From NCBI GenBank assembly GCA_977017645.1, contig OZ360221.1:156116001-156180000 (forward strand): a stretch of DNA of 64,000 bases, in the 5' to 3' direction. A program made the translations under genes and the position numbers. The stretch comes from Torpedo marmorata. Taxonomy: Eukaryota. A model generated the notes under the pieces. That model was not told the DNA's origin, made no database searches, and worked only from the letters and a program-made list of their open reading frames with translations. Positions 51,401 to 60,400 of the stretch are shown piece by piece (position 1 is the stretch's first letter; every line of letters begins with the position of its first letter).

Positions 51401-54400
51401 GAAAGTTCTTCTCATCTGGACTGGAAGTTTTAGAAGAATTAAACCAAGCAGAAAACCTTTATCCCATTTCAAAATGCAAGTCCCATTACTGATAATAGGC
51501 CTTTCCCGAGTGCAGATTTTCATCAGGCAAGACTTTAGCATGATGTAGACAATGACAAAATTAAACAGTTTGTTTCAAAGTATCAAAGAGGCCTTGTTTT
51601 GAAATTAAATTAATTTTTAAATTCATGACTAATTATATAGTTCTGTTCCCATAGTTGGGGTTCAGTTTTAGCCTTGGTGTGGTATAAAATTGGGAATAAT
51701 GGATTGACAGTCTATTTCAATATTTTTATTGATTTTATCAAATAAATGATACACAGGTACATACAATAAAATAAAGTATTAACAAATCTTGTATAACAAT
51801 ACAAATACAAATAATGTTGAAACCTATGTTACATTAAAAGGAAAAATAAAAATAAAACCACTATACTAATTTCTAAATATCGATCCCTACCTTCGGAAGC
51901 TACTGGCTTAACACAAACAATCCACTGCTAATAATAAAAAAAAGGGAAGGTAAACATTGGGTTCAAAAACCAGAAACTAATTGATCGTAAAAATCTTGAA
52001 AGTAATTAAGAAAAGAACCCCATAAAGAAACAAAATTAAGATTAATTTCAGTCGTGGAACATCGAATTTTTTACAAAGTCAGACATGCCATCATATCGGA
52101 CAACCATTGATTATGAGTGGGAGGGACAGCATCTTTCCATCTCATTAATATGGCCTTTCTTGCGATAAGGGAGGCGAGGGCAACTACATGGGATTGTGAA
52201 GCAGTCACAATTAAACCAGTTGGCTCACTTATTCCAAGGAGAGCAATAAAAGGATTTGGAGTCAAAGTAATATTAAGAACTAAAGACAAGGTACGAAATA
52301 CTCCTTCCCAGAAAATGGAAAGAGAAGGACATAACCAAAACATATGATACAACGTATCTTCTTCAGAAGAGAGATTAGAATAAAATTTAGCTAATTGAAC
52401 TTTGGAATAGTGGGCTCGGTGCACTACCTTAAATTGTAATAATGAGCACAAAGAGGATGAATGCACTCGCTTCAAAATAGAATTCCATGTAGTTTCAGAA
52501 AATAACTTGAAAATCTTGTTCCCATAGCTTTTTAATTCTGTCCAGGGAACTATCCCTAGAATTTAAAAGTAATTCATAAAGGCCAGATACCACCCCTTTG
52601 TAATTAAGTTGAAAATTATCAATCATCCCTATCATATTACGTTCCAGGTCTTCAGGGAGCTTCAAAATTAAAGATTTCAAAAAGCTCCTAACCTGTAAAT
52701 AGCGAGAAAAATGATGTCTTGGTATTGACACAGTCTAACTGAGGAACATCAGCAGGTTGTCTATAATGACAGCTCATTTCCAACATCCAGTTTTACCACA
52801 CCCCAATATTTAATTTTTTTTTCTTGTTAATTTTCAATATTCACTCTTAAGTGAAGATAAAATAACCCATCACAGCTTGAGAAATTTTATTCAGCAGAAA
52901 TTATTTCATTTTGATACAACAATGTTGTAGCAGTCAAAGGCTGATTGTTAAATTCCCACACAAAATTATCATAACCAATACAATATAATGAGTCATAAAA
53001 CATAATAAGTTACATTTCAGCAAAGACATGAGATGGACTGAGATCTAATGATTAATGTTTCTTCATGTAGATTTCAATTCTGCAGTTGAATTGCTAAAAT
53101 GATAACCCATGTACTTCACAGTTCACTGATTTCAGAGATGCTTCTTTAAAGGTATCTGTGATGGTGCTTGTTTATTATGTAGTCTGTTTCTCCATGTTAA
53201 TATCTAACAAAAATCCTTTAAATCATTTTCTGATTGCTTCTATATCAGGATGTGACATTCTGTTGAAGCCTAAATCAACAGAAATTGGGCCAAAGAATAG
53301 ATTGCTCACCTACACTTTCTATGGATCCACATTGTACCCAGTTCCACTGTTTCCACCTCTTTACCTATTGTTTCTTCCTCCCTTCCTCACTTGAAAGTGG
53401 TGAATGATAAGGGGAGAGAGGATGGAATCAAGATGTGAGAAAATAAGTTCTGTGGACTGTTCCACAGGACCATCCTGGCAGGCCCATTGTTTCCGCCTGC
53501 TCTTGCCCCACTGAACGTATTTCCTCATATCTTGACTCCATCCTCTCTTCCCTTGTCCAGTCCTTTCCTATTTACATGCAGGATACCTCCAATGTCCTGC
53601 ACCTCTTTGACGACTTCTGATTTCTTGGTCCCCACCGTCCTTCACCGTGGATGTCCAGTTTATATTGACTTCATATTGATGACTTTTATTGGGCATTATG
53701 TGCTTGCATATCTTTCTGAAATTGTAGTATTAAGTGAATTATAGTACAGGTACAATGATTGCATCCATTGTTTAAATGTCAAGAACATGGAACAAACTTT
53801 GCTGCTTGCACCTGATACATATCCCTCTATTCCCTGCATTTTCATGTGTCTATTTCGAAACCTCTCAAAACTGCTTCCACCTCTACTGGCAGCCCGTTCC
53901 AGGCACCTAGCACGTTTTTTTTTAAAACTAGCCCTACACATCTCCTTTAAACTCCCCCTTCCCTTCAAGTCACTTACATGCATGTCCTCTGGTATATGAT
54001 ATTTTAACCTTGGGGAAAAGATTATGACCCTATCAATGCCTCTCATAATTTTATAAACCTATCAGGTCACCTCTCACCCTCTGACACACCAGATAAAACA
54101 ACCCAGGTTTGTCCTTTCGCTCATACCCTCTAATCGCTTCTCCACACACAATTCCAAGTGTGGCCTAACCAAAATTTTGTACAGCTACAACAGTATGTCC
54201 TTACTTTTATACTCAATGCCCCACCCATTGAAGGCAAACATATTATTTGCCTTTACCCACCCTATCTACCTGCATAGCTACTTTCAAGAGCTATGGAACT
54301 GAACTCCCAGATCCCTTTGCACATCACTGCTTTCAAGTCCTGCCATTTACTGTATCCTCTCCCCCTACAGGGCGGTACGGTTGGTGTAGCGGTTAGCGCA

Positions 54401-57400
54401 ACGCCTTTACAGCGCCAGCAATCGGGACCGGGGTTCAAATCCCGCGCTGTCTGTAAGGAGTTTGTACGTTCTCCCTGTGTCTGCGTGGGTTTTCCCTGGG
54501 GGCTCCAGTTTCTTCCCACCATTCAAAATGTACCGGGGGTACAGGTTAATTGGGTGTAAATTGGGCGCCACGGACTCGTGGGCCGAAATGGCCTGTTACC
54601 GTGCTGTATGTCTAAATTTAAATTTACATTTGACCTCCGAAAGCCTCACACTAATCTGGATTAAACTCCATCTGCAATTTCTCTGTCCATATATGAAACT
54701 GATCTATATCTTGTTTTATCCTTTTAACAGCCCTCTACACAGTCCACAGATCCACTAATCTTAGTGTCATCCACAAATTTACTAACCCACCCAACTACTT
54801 TTTCATCCAGGTCATTTATATAAATCACAGCAAAACAGAAGTCCCAACATTGATCCTTGTCATGCATCAAAGACCTCCAGCATGATTAACACCCTTCCAC
54901 CACTACCCTTTGTCTTCTATGGGCCAGCCAATTATGAATTCAAACTACCAATTCACAATGGACCCCATGCATCTATATCTTCTGGATTAGTCTACCACGA
55001 GGGACCTTGTCAAATGCCTTACTTAACTCCATGTGGACAACATCCTAAACCACTTTTGTCACCTCAAAAAACTCACTCAATTTGTAAGACATGACCTGTC
55101 CTTCACAATGCCAGGATGAGTGTCCCGAATCTGACCAAATGTGCATAAATCCTAATCCCGGGTATCTTCTCCAATAGTTTCCCTGCCACTGATCTGAGGC
55201 TCACAGGCCTATAATTTCCTGGATTATCACTATTTCCTGCTTGAACAAACATTGACTACTCTCCAGTCCTCCAGGACCTCACTTGATATTAGCAAGGATA
55301 GAAAGATCTCTGTCAAGGCCCTAGCAATCTCCCTTGCCTCTTTCAATTAGCTGGGATATACCTCATCAGGCCTTGGGGATTTATCCACTTTAGACATTTA
55401 GTCATACATACAGCACGGTAACAGGCCATTTCGGCCCACGAGTCCGTGCCGTCCAATTTACACCCCATTAACCTATACCCCCGGTACGTTTTCAATGATG
55501 GGAGGAAACCGGAGCCCCCGGTGAAAACCCACACAGACACGGGGAGAACGTACAAACTCCTTGCAGTCAGCGCGGGATTCGAACCCTAGTCTGGTCCCGA
55601 TCGCTGGCAAGGCATTGTGCTAACCGCTACGCCAACCGTGCCGCCCTTAATGCTCTTCAAAAGACCAAGTACCCTCTTCATCTCAAAATGTCCCAATACA
55701 TTAGCATTCTTGACACTATGCTCCCTGTCACTGTCCTCTATTTGGTGAATACCAATGTAAAGTACTCTTTTAGAGCCTTACCCTCTTCCTCTGGCTTGAA
55801 GCGCAGATTCCCTCCTTTGTCATTGAGGACCTATCCTTTCCATTGTCATCCTGTTTTAAATGCAAGTTTAAGATATCGGGATTTTCTTTAATCCTGCTCA
55901 CCAAAGACATTTCATGACCCCTTTTGGCCTTCCTTATGCCCTGCTTGATCTTTTTCCTGCAATCTTTATATTCCTCCAAGGCCCTGTCTGATTTTTGCTT
56001 CCTAAACCTTACACAGTTACTTTTTTTTTTTACTAGATTCATGATCTCCCTCATCATCCTGTCCTTCCTTCTTGCTGGAACATGCTGATCCTGGACACTA
56101 ATTAGCTGGTTCTTAAACAACTCCCCTTCCACATGAGAGTTGTAGACATGCCTGATAACAGCTGCTTTCAATTAACTACCCCTAACTCCTGTCTAATAGT
56201 GTCATAATTTTCCCACACCCAATTTCATATGTTCCCCACGTGTTCCAAGCGTATCCTTACTTATAATTATTTTGAGACGTGGAATTGTGATCTCTATTCC
56301 TAAAATGCTCTCCCACTGAAACTCCAAACACCTGGCCCGGCTCATTTGCCATTACAAGTCTACATGCTGCTTCAAGAAACCCTCCTAGATGTACTTAACA
56401 AATTCTACCTTATCGAAGCCTCTGGCATTAAGGACTTCCCAGTCAATATTAGGGAAATTAATGTCTCCCACTACAACATCTCAGTTGTATTTGCACCTTC
56501 CTGTATTCTGTCCACGTATCTGTTTCTCTATGTCAGAGTGGCCAGTGGGAGGACTCCAGTACAACCCTATCAGAATGATTACACCTTTCACATTTTTGAT
56601 CTCAACCCATTCTGCCTCATGTCCATTCCATCCTCTCTGAGTGCAGCCTTGATGCTCTCCCTGACTAATAATGCAAACTCCTCCACCTCTTTTAATGCAG
56701 GAAATATTGAGCTGCCAGTCTTGTCCTGTCCCTCTTGCAGCCAAGACTCTGTAATGGCTATAACATCATAATTCAAAGTACTGATCCAGGCTCTATATTG
56801 GGAACAGTCTCTTTACTTTGTACACAGTGAAGCAGCAATGACTCATTCAGCCACCTCAACCCAGTCTGTTCTGATGCTGTTCTTATTTTAAGGAGTATAT
56901 TTTTCACCTTCAAGAAGAATCAGTCTACTTTGCAGGACCCTTGCAGGAAGACTGACAGATGTGCATCTTAGAATAGAATCACTCTGCCTTGTCAATCCAC
57001 TCTATGTATTTTTCCTTCCAAGTAGCAAAACTATTATAATGATGAATCAATAAGGTACTTTTTTGATGATCCATCCAATGATCTTGATTTTTTTCCGTTG
57101 CTTAATGTAAATTGCTCACCCTTCTAGTTGTGGATTGGCATTCAGTGTTGCTGGTGCATAAGACAGACTACAATAACTTCATTGTTTTTTTAAATTCAAT
57201 AGCACTTTGAAGAAGAATATTTTTAGCTCCACTCTATTAAAAGTGCATAGGGGCAATTTTAAATTAAGAGTGTTCATAATGTCAAAGTTTTCATTTGTTA
57301 GAACTGTTCATAGATGGCACAGTTAAAACAACACCGAATGTTGATATTGTATATTCCCACAATGGATTATGGAGAAATATTTGAAAGATATTTCAAATTG

Positions 57401-60400
57401 TTTCCCAACATTTTAAATAGTTTTCCACTTCACGCAATTTAAACTAATATGGGCATTTGGATCCATAATGTACCCTCCTTTTAAAAGTTCTTAAAAGCCT
57501 AATAAATATAAACAACAGAAGATCTATTCAGTTTCAGCACATTATTCAAGATTCAATTTATTGTCATAGTAATAAGACAGTGTGATATTCCATGAAATTT
57601 CTTTTTGCCTGCTGCAAGGCAGACAGATTCGCCACCGGCAGAAATTGCCTAAGCGCCTCTAACACTAAGTACATTGTTTCTGCTTCCTTGTAAATTAATA
57701 CGGTATATGCATTCAACAAAACAGATTGAAATAGAGATGCATACAGGGTATTGTGTTATTCTGCCTACACTGGCGACTTATTCTATTTCACAAAAACTGC
57801 AGAATAAATTATACTCTAATTGGTATATTTACAATCTTGTGGTATTGTGAAAGAAGATGACTTTGTGCTTTGTGTTACTACATCTCATCCCTGCCATAGA
57901 TTTTTCTTTCCTCAATTCAGTAGTGTGGCAACGCAATGTGCAACAAAAGATATCGTGCTCTTGACTGGTTTTGGAAATATGATGGCAAAATTACCGTAAC
58001 CACATGCAGTTTCATCCAGCTTGGAGGACTAAAGATCTGTCAGCATGTTTCCATCTTCCTCCCCACAATTATTGGTGTTTTATATTTTCCCTCTATTTAT
58101 TGTGACAATATATTTCCATCTACTTCCAGAATTACTTCTGATGTACTATACCAGGTTTCTTAGACTATTCTATTTTAAATAGAAGTAACTGAAAAAGGAA
58201 GGTTACTTTTTACCCAGTGTCTCAATACTGAGAAGATTATTTTAACCAACTCTTCTTCAAATATACCCATGAATGGAGTATTGTTGAAGCAACTTTTGTA
58301 TTAGTGTGCACAAAAAGTCAGCCAATTTTTTTACAAAAATATTCTGTGATTTGTGTAAATCATGACTGCAGGATTGTAAGAACTCTATAAGGGAGCGTGA
58401 ACTGAAAGGGCTGCTTTTAAATTGAAATATGACAGTATGACCATAAGAGTATGAGCAGAATTTTGCCATTCGGCCCATTGAGCCTGCTCCGGCAATCGAA
58501 TCATGGACTTTCAGAAAGCCTTTGATAAGGTCCCACATAGGAGATTAGTGGGCAAAATTAGAGCACATGGTATTGGGGGTGGGGTACTGACATGGATAGA
58601 AAATTGGTTGGCAGACAGGAAACAAAGAGTAAGGATTAACGGGTCCCTTTCAGAATGGCAGGCAGTGATTAGTGGGGTACCACAAGGCTTGGTGCTGGGA
58701 CCACAGCTGTTCACAATATACATTAATGATTTAGATCAGTGGTTTTCAAACTGCCCCCCTAAACTCACATTCCACCTTAAGCAATCCCTATGCCATAAGT
58801 GCTCTGTGATTGGTAAGGGATTGCTTAAGGTGGTATGTGAGTGGAAAGAAAAAGTTTGAAAACCACTGTTTTAATCGTATCTAATTGACTCGTTATGTGC
58901 ACGGTTTCATAACTCCAAAGGAAATGGGCCAATGACAATTTTTCTCAAGCAAAATATTTCAGTAACAATTGGGTCTAGAGCAGTGGTTCTCAACCTTCCC
59001 TTCCCACTCACATACCACCTTAAGCAATCCCTTACTAATCACAGAGCATTTATGGCATAGGGATTGCTTAAGGTGGAATGTGAGTTTAGGGGACAGTTTG
59101 AAAACCACTGATTTAGATGAAGGGATGACACAAAGCTGGGTGGCAGTGTGAAATGTGAACAGGATGTTATGAGAATGCATGGTGACTTGGACAGGTTGGG
59201 TGAGTGGGCAGATGCATGGCAGATGCAGTTTAATGTGGATAAATGTGAGGTTATCCACTTTGGTGGCAAGAACAGGGAGGCAGATCACTATCTGAATGGT
59301 GTCAGTTAGGAAAAGGGGAAGTACAATGAGATCTAGGTGTCCTTGTTCATCAGTCACTGAAAGTAAGCATGCAGGTACAGCAGGCAGTGAAGAAAGCTAA
59401 TGGCATGTTGGTCTTCATAACAAGGGGAGTTGAGTATAAGAGCAAAGAGGTCCTTCTGCAGTTGTACAGGGCCCTGGTGAGACCACTCCTGGAGTATTGT
59501 GTGCAGTTTTGGTCTCCAGGTTTGAGGAAGGACATTCTTGCTATTGAGGGAGTGCAGCGTAAGTTCACGAGGTTAATTCCCGGGATGGCGGGACTGTCAT
59601 ATGTTGAAAGATTGGAGCGATTGGGCTTGTATACACTGGAATTTAGAAGGATGAGAGGGGATCTGATTGAAACATAAGATTATTAAGGGATTGGACACAC
59701 TAGAGGCAGGAAACATGTTCCCGATGTTGGGGGAGTCGAGAACCAGAGGCCACAGTTTAAGAATAAGGGGTAGGCCATTTAGAACGGAGTTGAGGAAAAA
59801 CTTTTTCACCCAGAGTTGTGGATCTGTGGAATGCTCTGCCTCAGAAGGCAGTGGAGGCCAATTCTCTGGATGCTTTCAAGAAAGAGTTAGATGGAGCTCT
59901 TAAAAAAAAAAAAGAGTTCATAAAGATAACGGAGTCAAGGGATATGGGGAGAAGGCAGGAACGGAGTACTGATAGTGGATGATCAGCCATGATCACAGTG
60001 AATGGCGGTGCTGGCTCAAAGGGCCGAATGGCCTACTCCTGCACCTATTGTCTATTGTATCATGGCTGATATATTTTTCCTTTCTACCCCATTTTCCTAC
60101 CTTCTCCTCATAACGTTTGACACCCTTATTAATCAAGAAATTACTGAGGTGCATATGAAACAAAATTTATCTGGCCCCGCATTACTAAGATTGGGATACC
60201 ATGTTGAAATTAGGATATATTACTACTTTGCACTTATAAATCTACATTTAAGGCTTGTTTAATTCAAACTGTTGTGGTTCCAACTTTGTTAATATTCTTT
60301 GTTAATCCAGCTACTTTACCCTGCTGACGAAATTTATTTAAAGGTTTATATTATTATAGATGTAACAACTTTACTGTAATCTGAATTAAAACAAGCTCTC

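Larger units (their letters stand above)
53775..56800 (-). mobile_element. Old decayed CR1 LINE with two SINE insertions
   Basis: [12 protein letters not shown] (56588..56776), [10 protein letters not shown]...KENP (55770..56171) and the CR1 3' region. Confidence 0.82.

Noticed and set aside
59899-59925. A12 run plus GAGTTCATAAA inside the CR1 3' region, as a polyA-only retro-insertion
   Set aside because: The putative TSD has mismatches and slippage explains it equally well.
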